A stretch of 64,000 nucleotides of DNA, taken from NCBI GenBank assembly GCA_028280785.1, contig JANQLF010000053.1, forward strand, positions 41,691 through 105,690, given 5' to 3'. Below are positions 46,379 through 56,287 of the stretch, one piece after another; position 1 is the first letter of the stretch; every line of letters starts with the position of its first letter. Both the position numbers and the translations under genes were made by a program. Under the pieces are notes generated by a model, which did no database searches, had not been told where the DNA came from, and saw only the letters and a list, made by a program, of their open reading frames with translations. The stretch comes from Planctomycetota bacterium (GTDB lineage Bacteria; Planctomycetota; UBA11346).

Positions 46379-47676
46379 AATTCCCTCCGCAACATAACAA
46401 ACCAAGCAATCAGCAAGAAGCTCAAGCTAAACGTTCCATAATAAAACCAGGCATCCATCACGATTGGCCAGCCAACCGCTTGACCACCTGCCAAGGTTCC
46501 TTCTACACCATAACGATTGAAATCAGGAATAATAAATTGCATAAGCTCCAAAAAGCGCACCAAAAAATTCGGTAATTTTCCACTGCCGGTCATGTCTTGA
46601 ATATAACTCAAGGTCAATGCGCCAAAGAACGCCGTTAATCCAGCTAATAAGGTAACGCCAATATTTGAAAAGCAGGCACATAAAAGCGCAATGGCCGTTA
46701 AGTAACCAACCTGGGCAAGTACCACGCAGCCACCGCGTTGCATGTTAGTAAAAAAACCACCACCTGACAGGGCAATTAAGCAACTATCAAATTTCTTAAA
46801 GCTCAATGACGAATTAATGTCATTACGCGTCACGGTAATAATGCAGGTACCTTCAGGACTAATTAATTCCTGCGCCAAACGAAAGCGCATATAGTCCTGG
46901 TTTAAATCGACATGATTATCACCTTTATCTTTCATTGTCGCACCAGATTCTACCGGTTTGCCATCAGGTCGAAACGATCCGTAAGGCGATTCGTCTGAAC
47001 AGACCAACAATGTTTGCTGAGCAGATTCGGACGGGCGCGCACTCACTGCTATATGTGATTGATAGTGAGCTGGATCTATTGCACGTAAACGACCTTTTAA
47101 TAATAAAACTAAATCACCTTGATTCGTTGGCAATTTCGCCAAGTCCCAACGAATAGCCCCACCTTTTTTAGTACCAGTTAAGGTGACGCGCTTAGTGTCG
47201 AGCGGACTCGTCTCACCGAAAATATCAACACGTTGCCAATCAACTGGCTTATGAACCGTACGCATTTCTGGAATAGCATGGTCTGCCGTAAGATGCACAA
47301 CCAAAGTACCCAAGGTATTTAAAATAAGTACCCCAATCGCAATGGCGATTTGCACCCCTAACCAGCGACCACATACATAGGCCGACATCGGCAACGGTTT
47401 TGGGAATAAGGTTAAACTGACTAATTGCTCACGGTCACGCGTAATCGTTGCTGCTACTAATAAAATTGCGAAGAGTGTTGAGATAAAATTGATACTGCCT
47501 GAAATAGTAACAACCGATAATTTTAATTGCGCCGATGCATCAACGGCCTGCAAGGATGCCAGGGCAACTAACATCACGGCAATAACAGCCAATAAAACAA
47601 TCCATGTTTTTTGCCTGCCAATCTCGCAGATACTTAAGGAAGCCATGGCCCAGGTTGCGCGCCACCAATGGGTCAC
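46375..47676 (-). CDS. ABC-2-type permease-like membrane protein with a large extracytoplasmic loop
   Basis: 433-aa multi-TM ORF lying directly downstream of the ABC ATPase. Confidence 0.55.
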   Translation of the reverse strand: MTHWWRATWAMASLSICEIGRQKTWIVLLAVIAVMLVALASLQAVDASAQLKLSVVTISGSINFISTLFAILLVAATITRDREQLVSLTLFPKPLPMSAYVCGRWLGVQIAIAIGVLILNTLGTLVVHLTADHAIPEMRTVHKPVDWQRVDIFGETSPLDTKRVTLTGTKKGGAIRWDLAKLPTNQGDLVLLLKGRLRAIDPAHYQSHIAVSARPSESAQQTLLVCSDESPYGSFRPDGKPVESGATMKDKGDNHVDLNQDYMRFRLAQELISPEGTCIITVTRNDINSSLSFKKFDSCLIALSGGGFFTNMQRGGCVVLAQVGYLTAIALLCACFSNIGVTLLAGLTAFFGALTLSYIQDMTGSGKLPNFLVRFLELMQFIIPDFNRYGVEGTLAGGQAVGWPIVMDAWFYYGTFSLSFLLIAWFVMLRREL

Positions 47677-47677
47677 C

Positions 47678-48547
47678 CTACGCCTCGTTTTCTTGCTTCG
47701 TTACATCTTGTTGCGGTGCAACAATTCGGCGAAAATACGATTCCAAACGTTCACGTGGATGATCAACGTTAATCAACGCTTCGCCTGCTGCTGCTTTGAC
47801 TGCATCGAGTTGCGATTCTTCGCCAGCCTTTATTTCCACAACCGTACGATCTTCACTCATTAACAATTCATCGACTCGACCACATGCTTTTAATTGACCG
47901 TTGTGCAAAATAGCCAAACGATCGCAGACATCTTCAACATCTGCCAATAAATGTGAACACAGCAGCACCGTTTTGCCACGCTGTTTTAAATCGACAATTA
48001 AATCTTTTACTTCAGCTGTACCAATTGGATCTAATCCAGAAGTCGGTTCATCTAATATTACTAAATCTGGATCGTTAATTAATGCCTGGGCTAAACCAAG
48101 ACGTCGGGCCATACCTTTTGAATATTCACCCAAGCGACGTTTACGTGCATGGTCTAAACCAACCTGTTTAATTAAGGCATCGATACGCGTATCTAAAGTG
48201 GTCTTATCAAGTCCGAACAATTTTCCGTAGAACGACAGCGTCTCTTCGGCATTAAGAAATTTATACAGATAGGTTTCTTCCGGCAGATAACCGACACGAC
48301 GCTTGGCATCCTGATTGCCAGGATCTTGGCCAAACATAAATGCGTCACCATTGGTCGCATTGAGTAAACCTAGTAAAAGCTTAATGGTCGTTGTCTTGCC
48401 AGAACCATTCGGCCCCAAGAGCCCAAAAATTTCACCCTCTTGGATTTCGAGATCGAGTGGTTTGAGCGCTTCGACACGCGCCCGACCCCAGAAATCGGCG
48501 TAGGTCTTACTTAAACCCTTGATTTGAATCACTGCTGCTTGAGCCAT
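47678..48547 (-). CDS. ABC transporter ATP-binding protein
   Basis: Walker A is GPNGSGKTT, the signature is YSKGMARRL and Walker B is LILDEPTSGLD. Confidence 0.9.
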   Translation of the reverse strand: MAQAAVIQIKGLSKTYADFWGRARVEALKPLDLEIQEGEIFGLLGPNGSGKTTTIKLLLGLLNATNGDAFMFGQDPGNQDAKRRVGYLPEETYLYKFLNAEETLSFYGKLFGLDKTTLDTRIDALIKQVGLDHARKRRLGEYSKGMARRLGLAQALINDPDLVILDEPTSGLDPIGTAEVKDLIVDLKQRGKTVLLCSHLLADVEDVCDRLAILHNGQLKACGRVDELLMSEDRTVVEIKAGEESQLDAVKAAAGEALINVDHPRERLESYFRRIVAPQQDVTKQENEA

Positions 48548-48733
48548 TGGCCGCCTATATCAGTGCCGGTGAACGATCTGGCAAGTATAAACTCGGATTC
48601 TCCTAAGTCCTTGTCTCAAAAGCGGCAAGAACTTGCCAAGCGAGTCAATATCTGTCTGACCTGTGATTCACAGTCTGCGGCATCGTCGTGCAGCAAGTAC
48701 TGGCAAGCATGCCACTGAGACCAGGATAGGGCC

Positions 48734-49096
48734 ATGCGTTTAACCTGCTTAAGTTTGATTTTGATGACCGCTTTGCTCAGTGGCTGTGGCAATGGCTACA
48801 TGCTCTACGAGACACGCTACATCCCTGAACCAGGTGAACGCATTAGCACCGCTGAATATGCGCAGCTACCATGGAAAGAACCGTACATCAATGGCCAAAG
48901 CGCCCCGCATTCACCAACACGCGATGCCATTCCACGCTATCAAAAGCCAATCATCTATGGCACTGATCGCGATCCAAAAGCGTTTGCTCACGATGGTGAC
49001 TACTCTCAAAGCGGTAAAGGTTATCAAACCCGTGAGCGCATCGAGAACGACGATAAAGACGTGCCAGCTAAGGCACCTAAAATCAAGCCGTTCTAA
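48734..49096 (+). CDS. Lipoprotein, function unknown
   Basis: The lipobox is LLSGC. 120 aa. Confidence 0.6.
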   Translation: MRLTCLSLILMTALLSGCGNGYMLYETRYIPEPGERISTAEYAQLPWKEPYINGQSAPHSPTRDAIPRYQKPIIYGTDRDPKAFAHDGDYSQSGKGYQTRERIENDDKDVPAKAPKIKPF

Positions 49097-49154
49097 TCTC
49101 GTAAATTTTCAACTCACTGCTTTTTATACCTAGCGCATCGCTCGGAGTATTCGC

Positions 49155-49787
49155 ATGCCTATTATTGATCCTGCTATCGAAGCTTACGCCCATGATCGTA
49201 CCAAGCCTGAATCAGATATCTTACAGGCCTTGGCTAAGAAAACGTACGCCGAACGTCCTGACGCCGGCATGTTGTGCGGCAGACTCGAAGGCCGCATTTT
49301 ACAATTCCTGTGTACATTAACCCAAGCCAAACGCTGCATCGAAATCGGTATGTTCACTGGTTATTCTGGTTTGAGCGTTGCCGAAGCTCTTCCTGATGAT
49401 GGCGAATTAATTTGCTGCGACATTAATCCTGAAACCGCTGCATTTGCACAATCGTTTTATGATCAAAGTCCTCACGGTAAAAAAATAACTGTAAAATTAG
49501 CGCCAGCACTCGAAACCATCGCCACACTCTCTGGGCCTTTTGATCTCGCATTTATCGATGCCGATAAAATAAATTACCAAGCTTATTACGATGCCACCCT
49601 GCCACTCATGCGTTCGGGTGGGATTATTGCTGTTGATAATACCCTTTGGCATGGCGCTGTACTCAACCCACAAGATGAAGACAGTAAATGCATCGATGAC
49701 CTTAATCGCTTTATCGAAAATGATGCACGTGTTGATAATGTTTTATTACCAGTACGCGATGGTCTGCATCTAGCGATGGTAAAATAA
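49155..49787 (+). CDS. Class I SAM-dependent O-methyltransferase (CCoAOMT/TrmR-like)
   Basis: Motifs IEIGMFTGYS and AFIDADK are present. 210 aa. Confidence 0.85.
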   Translation: MPIIDPAIEAYAHDRTKPESDILQALAKKTYAERPDAGMLCGRLEGRILQFLCTLTQAKRCIEIGMFTGYSGLSVAEALPDDGELICCDINPETAAFAQSFYDQSPHGKKITVKLAPALETIATLSGPFDLAFIDADKINYQAYYDATLPLMRSGGIIAVDNTLWHGAVLNPQDEDSKCIDDLNRFIENDARVDNVLLPVRDGLHLAMVK

Positions 49788-49792
49788 TATAA

Positions 49793-51274
49793 TTACAAGA
49801 TCCATAAAATAATTAATAGGCATAAAAATGCACCGCGCCACAGTAATTGACTGGCAGCATGTAATGGCAAGAAAAGCAAAGGCCATAAGCATAAAACATA
49901 TATTGGCGGTGCCTCAACCTGTAAATCTGCACCGGGAAATCTTGCCAAAAAAGTACTACAAGCATCAAGCGCTTGAAAACTCCAATCACATAACACGTAT
50001 AATCCTGACCACGGGCCACTCGCCCACACACTCATGCATGCCAACCACATACCGCCGCAAGCAATTGCCACAGTCACCAGCGGTGTAATTAAAACGGTTG
50101 CCAATGGCGACCACGGATTACAGACACCAATATGAACTGCTAATATCGGCGTGACCGCTAATGTGGCTGCTAATCCTATCAGCATGCCATCAATTAAAGA
50201 TCGAAGCATATAAAGGCCCAATTTCCAGATTGGACGATCTAACGGCCATGCTTGCAGTGGTAGATGTTGTAATCGCAAGCGCCGCAAGGCTAATCCTAAA
50301 CTTAAAATACCAGCAACGGCCGCGGCACTTAATTGAAAGCTTAAACCACGCGCAGAAATTGGATCCCACAAAACTAAAAGAATAATCGTTAAACTTAATG
50401 CAGCATAAGGATGCAAATCACGTGCAATGAGATTGGCAACAATAATAATCATGCCCATTAAAACCGCACGTTGTGTTGGAATAGCAAAGCCAGTCATCCA
50501 TAAATAAAAGCACAATACTCCAATAAGCACAATTTGCGCTGGATACCACGGCATAGCGACAAGACGCAAACAACTCGCCACCAACACAAAAACAATGCCA
50601 ACATGCAGGCCACTGACGACTAAAACATGTGCTACACCTGCGTCACGAAATTGTTGCTTGGCCTCACGTGGTGCTGATCCCAATAATAAAGCTGCTGCAA
50701 GTCCTTGATGTGGCGCCAGTGCATCAACATGCTGCCATAAATCTGCGCGCGCAGATTGCTGCTGTGATTCTTTTAATTCCATAGATGCAACGCGTAATTG
50801 CCATGAGTGATATTTCTCATTCCATTCGCATAAACCGCGCACCCGATACACATCATCAACTTTGCACACTGGTACCGCTGGCACATACGCATGCAGATAA
50901 CGCTGTAATTGAAGTCCGGCTGGCTGATGAATTTCTAAACTGTTAAAACTCAGCGATTGGCCAAATTCTGATAGAACAACACGTCGTATTTGTACATCAC
51001 TGTCCAAAAAAAAGGGCTGCTTGTTGGCGCTATCTTGCTGACTGCTCAACAAAGCGCCCATAAAAAAAACAACGCCTGCAAAAATCACAAAGCGAGTATG
51101 TTCGTGCTTAATAAGCAGACCGCTGAAACAAAACACAATCATAACACAACCGAACAAAAATGGATGTACTGGTAGCGACAAGCCACTCGCTGCGCCAATA
51201 AAGAGACCCACTGCTACAAAGGTGAGCAGTGGGCTTTTAAGATGTACTGGTTTTATTACGTCGTTGTCGTTCAC
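49793..51274 (-). CDS. comEC: ComEC/Rec2-family membrane protein (no metallo-beta-lactamase domain)
   Basis: Motif AHVLVVSGLHVGIV is present in a multi-TM protein of 493 aa. Confidence 0.75.
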   Translation of the reverse strand: MNDNDVIKPVHLKSPLLTFVAVGLFIGAASGLSLPVHPFLFGCVMIVFCFSGLLIKHEHTRFVIFAGVVFFMGALLSSQQDSANKQPFFLDSDVQIRRVVLSEFGQSLSFNSLEIHQPAGLQLQRYLHAYVPAVPVCKVDDVYRVRGLCEWNEKYHSWQLRVASMELKESQQQSARADLWQHVDALAPHQGLAAALLLGSAPREAKQQFRDAGVAHVLVVSGLHVGIVFVLVASCLRLVAMPWYPAQIVLIGVLCFYLWMTGFAIPTQRAVLMGMIIIVANLIARDLHPYAALSLTIILLVLWDPISARGLSFQLSAAAVAGILSLGLALRRLRLQHLPLQAWPLDRPIWKLGLYMLRSLIDGMLIGLAATLAVTPILAVHIGVCNPWSPLATVLITPLVTVAIACGGMWLACMSVWASGPWSGLYVLCDWSFQALDACSTFLARFPGADLQVEAPPIYVLCLWPLLFLPLHAASQLLWRGAFLCLLIILWIL

Positions 51275-51276
51275 GT

Positions 51277-52710
51277 TTAGACGTGCAACTCGCTACTTCC
51301 AGCAAGCTGTTCAGCGTATGGCTTTAACACAGCGTCAACTTCTTCGCTGAGAAAGCGTTCGACTTGCTGCGGAGCACGACCAATAAATGTAGATGGATCC
51401 ATCAAGGCTTCAATTTGATCGTGAATCGGCTTGAAATAATCAGACTTTTTAATCCGTTCGATTAAATCGTTGTCGCCACCCTCTTGTTTAACTACGGCAG
51501 CGGCTTCATGCGATAAAACACGAATCTGTTCATGGCATTCCTGACGATCACCGCCAGCTTTCACAATGGCCATGATGAAATTCTCAGTCGCCATAAATGG
51601 CAGCTCTTGCATGATGCGACGTTCGATAACTTTTGGATAAACGACCAAGCCCTCAGACACATTTTGCAAAATACCTAAAACTGCATCAGCCGTTAAAAAT
51701 GCCTCACCTAAAGAAATACGACGATTCGCCGAGTCGTCCAAGGTGCGCTCCATCCATTGAACTGCTGCGGTGTGTTGGGCATCAGAGACCAAGCTCATTA
51801 AGTGGCGCGCTAAACTGCAGCAGCGTTCACTGCGCATCGGGTTGCGTTTATAAGCCATAGCCGATGAACCGATTTGATCTTTACCAAATGGTTCTTCGAT
51901 TTCTTTTAAGTTCGCTAATAAACGAATGTCGGTAGCAATTTTATGTGCGGTAGCACCAAAGCTACCAAGCGCAGACAGAATATCGACGTCAACTTTGCGT
52001 GAGTACGTTTGACCAGTGACGATAAAGGCGCTGTCAAAACCAGCAGCCGCAGTAACTTTGCGATCAAGTTCTTCAACCTTATCGTGGTCACCCTCGAATA
52101 ATGACAAAAAACTCGCCTGGGTTCCAGTGGTACCTTTAACGCCACGGAAGCGTAAATCAGCGCGCGCACGCTCGATGTTACGAAGATCCATGACTAATTC
52201 TTGCAACCATAAACTCGCACGTTTACCAACGGTGGTTAATTGTGCTGGTTGATAGTGAGTAAAACCTAAGGTTGGCAGATCTTTATATTCATCGGCAAAT
52301 TTACGGAAACGATCAATAACCCGCGCTAATTTTGGAATTAAATCATCAAGGCCATCGCGCAATACGATTAAATCTGTATTGTCTCCCACATAACAACTGG
52401 TTGCACCGAGGTGAATGATGGGCGCCGCACTTGGACAACACTCACCAAAAGTGTGGACATGAGCCATTACATCATGACGACGTTTTTTCTCTTCAACCGC
52501 TGCTAATTCATAATCAATATTTTCGATGTTAGCTTCCATCTCAGCGATTTGCGCATCACTGATATCTAAACCCAATTCTTGCTCGGCTTTTGCCAACATA
52601 ATCCACAATTTTCGCCAAGTCTGAAACTTTTTATCGTCGCTAAAAATGTAGGCCATTTCGGGTGTAACGTAGCGGCTGACCAATGGACTTTGATAACGAT
52701 CTTTACTCAT
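51277..52710 (-). CDS. purB: Adenylosuccinate lyase
   Basis: The signature is [15 protein letters not shown]. Confidence 0.92.
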   Translation of the reverse strand: MSKDRYQSPLVSRYVTPEMAYIFSDDKKFQTWRKLWIMLAKAEQELGLDISDAQIAEMEANIENIDYELAAVEEKKRRHDVMAHVHTFGECCPSAAPIIHLGATSCYVGDNTDLIVLRDGLDDLIPKLARVIDRFRKFADEYKDLPTLGFTHYQPAQLTTVGKRASLWLQELVMDLRNIERARADLRFRGVKGTTGTQASFLSLFEGDHDKVEELDRKVTAAAGFDSAFIVTGQTYSRKVDVDILSALGSFGATAHKIATDIRLLANLKEIEEPFGKDQIGSSAMAYKRNPMRSERCCSLARHLMSLVSDAQHTAAVQWMERTLDDSANRRISLGEAFLTADAVLGILQNVSEGLVVYPKVIERRIMQELPFMATENFIMAIVKAGGDRQECHEQIRVLSHEAAAVVKQEGGDNDLIERIKKSDYFKPIHDQIEALMDPSTFIGRAPQQVERFLSEEVDAVLKPYAEQLAGSSELHV

Positions 52711-52816
52711 ACAGGCTCATCCTCACTGGGGGCAACAAGTCTGCGATTCTCTGTGCCAAGACAAGCCCGTCAGAATGCCCGCTTGTAGCATCGGCGGCAA
52801 TTCAATACTAAGAACT

Positions 52817-53605
52817 ATGGATAGCCTGCGCATTGCCTGTCTGCATATGGATGCTGATGCTGATATTGAAGCTAATTGTCAGCAGATCAGCGCTGCTATT
52901 CATGCTGCTGCTGAGAACGGTGTCGATATCCTACTCACACCTGAGTGCGCACTCTCAGGCTACCCCGGTGCTGGTCGTGACGATTACCAAGACATCAACT
53001 GGTGCAGCTACGATGGCTTTGAAGACCTGATTCATACCCGCGCACAACAAGCCGGCATCGCCGTGGTCCTCGGTACGATTAGCATGGCCGATGGAAAACT
53101 GTTTAATGACGCCCTTTTTTGTGGTAATGAAGCAAACGTTACTCGTTATCACAAACGCTGCTTAACTCCCTTCGATAAAAACTTTTTTACCGACGCCAAT
53201 AAAGCTTGCGTCGTTGAATTCAAAGGCTGGCAACTCGGACTATGCATTTGTTTTGATGTGCGATTCCCGCATACCTGGGGTGACGTTGTTTGCGCTGGCG
53301 CAGATGCCGTACTCAGCATTGCCCACATGGCAGGACCAGACCCTGACGACAATGTTAAAAATACCGTAGTGCCACAACACTACGCCAGTCGCGCTGCTGA
53401 ATGGGCAACGCCCTTGGTCATGTGCAATACCGCACACGAAAAACGCTGGTTGGATAGCGGCGCTTGGGATCCACGCGGCATGCGCATCGATACAGAGCGC
53501 AAGAATAATTTATTTATTTTCGATATGAAAAAGCGCGATGCTTTTGACCCCTGGTACTCTCAGATTTACCAAGACGCCGTTAGCTATCATCGCCGTAACG
53601 ATTAA
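52817..53605 (+). CDS. Carbon-nitrogen hydrolase (nitrilase superfamily)
   Basis: PECALSGYP carries the catalytic Glu and GLCICFDVRFP the catalytic Cys. I chose the ATG at 52817. Confidence 0.8.
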   Translation: MDSLRIACLHMDADADIEANCQQISAAIHAAAENGVDILLTPECALSGYPGAGRDDYQDINWCSYDGFEDLIHTRAQQAGIAVVLGTISMADGKLFNDALFCGNEANVTRYHKRCLTPFDKNFFTDANKACVVEFKGWQLGLCICFDVRFPHTWGDVVCAGADAVLSIAHMAGPDPDDNVKNTVVPQHYASRAAEWATPLVMCNTAHEKRWLDSGAWDPRGMRIDTERKNNLFIFDMKKRDAFDPWYSQIYQDAVSYHRRND

Positions 53606-54909
53606 GCGACTTCTGGCTTTAGTTCGCTAACAGATTTCTTTTTGTTGGGGCAACGACTTTGCCACCACATCGATAAACCTTCAGCCATAAAGCCAGCAAC
53701 AAGCGCACCGGCACCGGTAATGTGATTTAAAATGCCGAGATAATAACAAGCGGCGGTGAAGCCGGTTATCGAAATAATCCGTAGGAATCCGCTAATACCC
53801 ATGCGTCCGGTTTTATGTGTAACCATAGCAATGCCGTGGTAGTAATTGCGAATGGTTAGGAAAACAGGAATCAAGCACAAGACCAAGATCGCTTCTTGAG
53901 CCATCTGAATATGCATTTCATTTTCAACACCAAGCAAGTACATGAGGAACCAAGCATGCAACGGCGTAATGGCAATAATCAACATACCGCTCATGACAAT
54001 GGCGAAAATCTTAATCATAAAGCGACGTACACCGTCACGATCTTCACGGCCAAAGGTAACGAACAAATGTCTAAACTGATTAAGCATATTGTAAAACATC
54101 ATGGTAAAATCGAAGACAATGCGTAAAATTGCGATGGTTAAATCGGCTTCGGCAGTGCGACGAATAAACGCATAAATAACTGGCCTACTGGTTGCAAACA
54201 TCGACGAGGTAAACGCAACCGGATAAAAGAAGTGCAGCGCTTTTTTATAAGTCAAATCTGCAACAGGTTCATCAAGCTGTGGGCGCTTATACAGAACCAA
54301 ATAGACCACATATGTTGAAATTAAATGGACTACGGTTGGAATGATATGAGCCAGTGAGATAACCCAGACCGGATCGTAGCCATTATACAAACCGATTAAT
54401 AAAACAAAAATGGTCGTAATTAACATCACGGTGTTTAAAATAGTCACCCAACCAGTTCGCTCAGACTGAACGAGTAATCCCGTATAATATTGAGCCAAGA
54501 CCGTAATTAAAATCAGCGGCGATAATAATTGCAAATACAATATCGCTTTGGCCTGCTGCTCACCCATCATATTAAACACATTTTCAATGAGATAGACACC
54601 AGTTGGCGTAAATCCGCAAATCAACAATGGCAGTGATAAACAACAAGCGGCCAAACACACAAAACGCAGGCACACACGCGCTGCTTGGTCAGTGCGCGCC
54701 AAAACATTGGTCATTTGCGGGGTAAAAATAATCCCAGCATGACACATGCGATACAAACTCGTGGCCACAGCAAAAACAGCTAATTCACTGATCGCATCAG
54801 GATAACGACTTAAAATACCATTTTTAAACTGCGCTGCTAATATCATGGCCAAACCGGTTAAGGCGAGTGGCCAATAAAAGGCCCAATAGCGGCGCGTTTC
54901 ATCTGTCAT
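53602..54909 (-). CDS. 12-TM MOP/MATE-like transporter (tentative)
   Basis: 435 aa with about 12 hydrophobic helices. No decisive motif was found. Confidence 0.5.
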   Translation of the reverse strand: MTDETRRYWAFYWPLALTGLAMILAAQFKNGILSRYPDAISELAVFAVATSLYRMCHAGIIFTPQMTNVLARTDQAARVCLRFVCLAACCLSLPLLICGFTPTGVYLIENVFNMMGEQQAKAILYLQLLSPLILITVLAQYYTGLLVQSERTGWVTILNTVMLITTIFVLLIGLYNGYDPVWVISLAHIIPTVVHLISTYVVYLVLYKRPQLDEPVADLTYKKALHFFYPVAFTSSMFATSRPVIYAFIRRTAEADLTIAILRIVFDFTMMFYNMLNQFRHLFVTFGREDRDGVRRFMIKIFAIVMSGMLIIAITPLHAWFLMYLLGVENEMHIQMAQEAILVLCLIPVFLTIRNYYHGIAMVTHKTGRMGISGFLRIISITGFTAACYYLGILNHITGAGALVAGFMAEGLSMWWQSRCPNKKKSVSELKPEVA

Positions 54910-55034
54910 GTTTGTACCAAGTTAATAAGAGAACTGAAAAAATCCTTCTCTTATTCTTTGAAACTGACACATATATTCTAACATAAGCGATTTTACACGC
55001 TCATATAGGTACGAATACTCTCTTTTAGTGAAAT

Positions 55035-55631
55035 TTACTCTTTTGGCAGCGGCTCTGGAATCGTTACCACGAAGTCTGCGCCCTTGGCTTCCATGTAGAC
55101 CTTTGGTCCATCATCTAAGGAATAATCGATCCATCCCTTGGTAAAAGTAAATCCTTTAGGAAAATAAGGTGCAAAATCTTTCTTGAAATTAAACACATAC
55201 TCACCGCGACCAATTTTCATTTGTACATGCTTAATTAAATCGTGAGGGATTTGCCCCTGTTTCTCCATATCGCCATCTGCTAACGCGACTTTTAAAATCT
55301 TGATTCGCGATGGCTTCATTTCGATATTGAGGTTCTTGCCAAAAATACTGCCGACCTCTTCATCCTGCTTTTTAAGACCTTCAATTAACTCAGTGATGGC
55401 CATCGCATTATTGAAATGGCCCTTGCGCGTTTCCGCCTTGAGCTCTTTCTCGAGCGCTTTAATCATTTTATCTTGAGAATCTTGAATGTCTTTTTTAGCT
55501 TCTTGAATAATTTTCGTTACTTCTTCTTGGTGTGAATCAATTTTTTTCTGCACTGCTGGTGGTAATTTATACTCTTCAGCGCTCAACAGGTTTAATCCCA
55601 TCAACACAGCAACAATACAGACGATTCTCAT
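55035..55631 (-). CDS. Secreted protein, function unknown
   Basis: The ATG at 55631 gives the signal peptide MRIVCIVAVLMGLNLLSA. A coiled-coil-like N-terminal half follows. Confidence 0.5.
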   Translation of the reverse strand: MRIVCIVAVLMGLNLLSAEEYKLPPAVQKKIDSHQEEVTKIIQEAKKDIQDSQDKMIKALEKELKAETRKGHFNNAMAITELIEGLKKQDEEVGSIFGKNLNIEMKPSRIKILKVALADGDMEKQGQIPHDLIKHVQMKIGRGEYVFNFKKDFAPYFPKGFTFTKGWIDYSLDDGPKVYMEAKGADFVVTIPEPLPKE

Positions 55632-55778
55632 TGCAAACTCCAAAGTTTATCTTTTGAGCCCTTAGCAGGAGAACAACTAAAAATCAGCACGCATCGCTGA
55701 GTGCAGATGATGAACTCCACAAAATAACCCGAACCAATGTGGCACGGGGTTTTTTGTAAGACGCTAACAGATAGATGC

Positions 55779-56192
55779 TTAGCAGTGCTCTTGCCAAGAC
55801 TCAGCAAAGGCTGCTGCGATTTGGTCAGCAAAGCGACCTTCAATTTGATGACGATGCAACATCCAAACCACTTCGCCGTCTTTCAAGAGTGCCGCGCTTG
55901 GACTACTTGCTGGATACTCAGCAAAATGGCCACGTGCCTGGGCAACAGCCTCACCATCAACACCTGCGAACACCGTGCAGATTTGGTCAGGCTTCTTAGC
56001 AGCACCTTGCATAGCACCGATCAAACCAGGTCGAGCGGAACCTGCGGCACAGCCGCAAACAGAGTTAACGTAAATCAAGCAGGTACCGTCTTTTGCAACA
56101 GCAGCATCTACTTCATCTGGGGTTGTTAGTTCAGTTACACCAGCGTCTGCCAATTCAGCGCGCATGGGGTTGGTCAATTCTGGGGGATACAT
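55779..56192 (-). CDS. BrxA/BrxB-family bacilliredoxin (DUF1094)
   Basis: Motif VNSVCGCAAGSARPG contains the CGC redox site. Confidence 0.8.
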   Translation of the reverse strand: MYPPELTNPMRAELADAGVTELTTPDEVDAAVAKDGTCLIYVNSVCGCAAGSARPGLIGAMQGAAKKPDQICTVFAGVDGEAVAQARGHFAEYPASSPSAALLKDGEVVWMLHRHQIEGRFADQIAAAFAESWQEHC

Positions 56193-56287
56193 ATCTACTC
56201 CTTTATGCTGCTAGTCTGCTGCCCAGTAAGCGCCAAGGCAATGCGAATCCTGGCAAGGGCACCTATGCTCCACGCATAGGCATTGCT

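Noticed and set aside
48577-48712. CTGGCAAG words recur three times in the divergent intergenic region and could be a sigma-54 promoter.
   Set aside because: None of them fits the TGGCAC-N5-TTGC spacing. A short palindrome, GGCAAG-aa-CTTGCC at 48624-48637, may be an operator, but I cannot support that.
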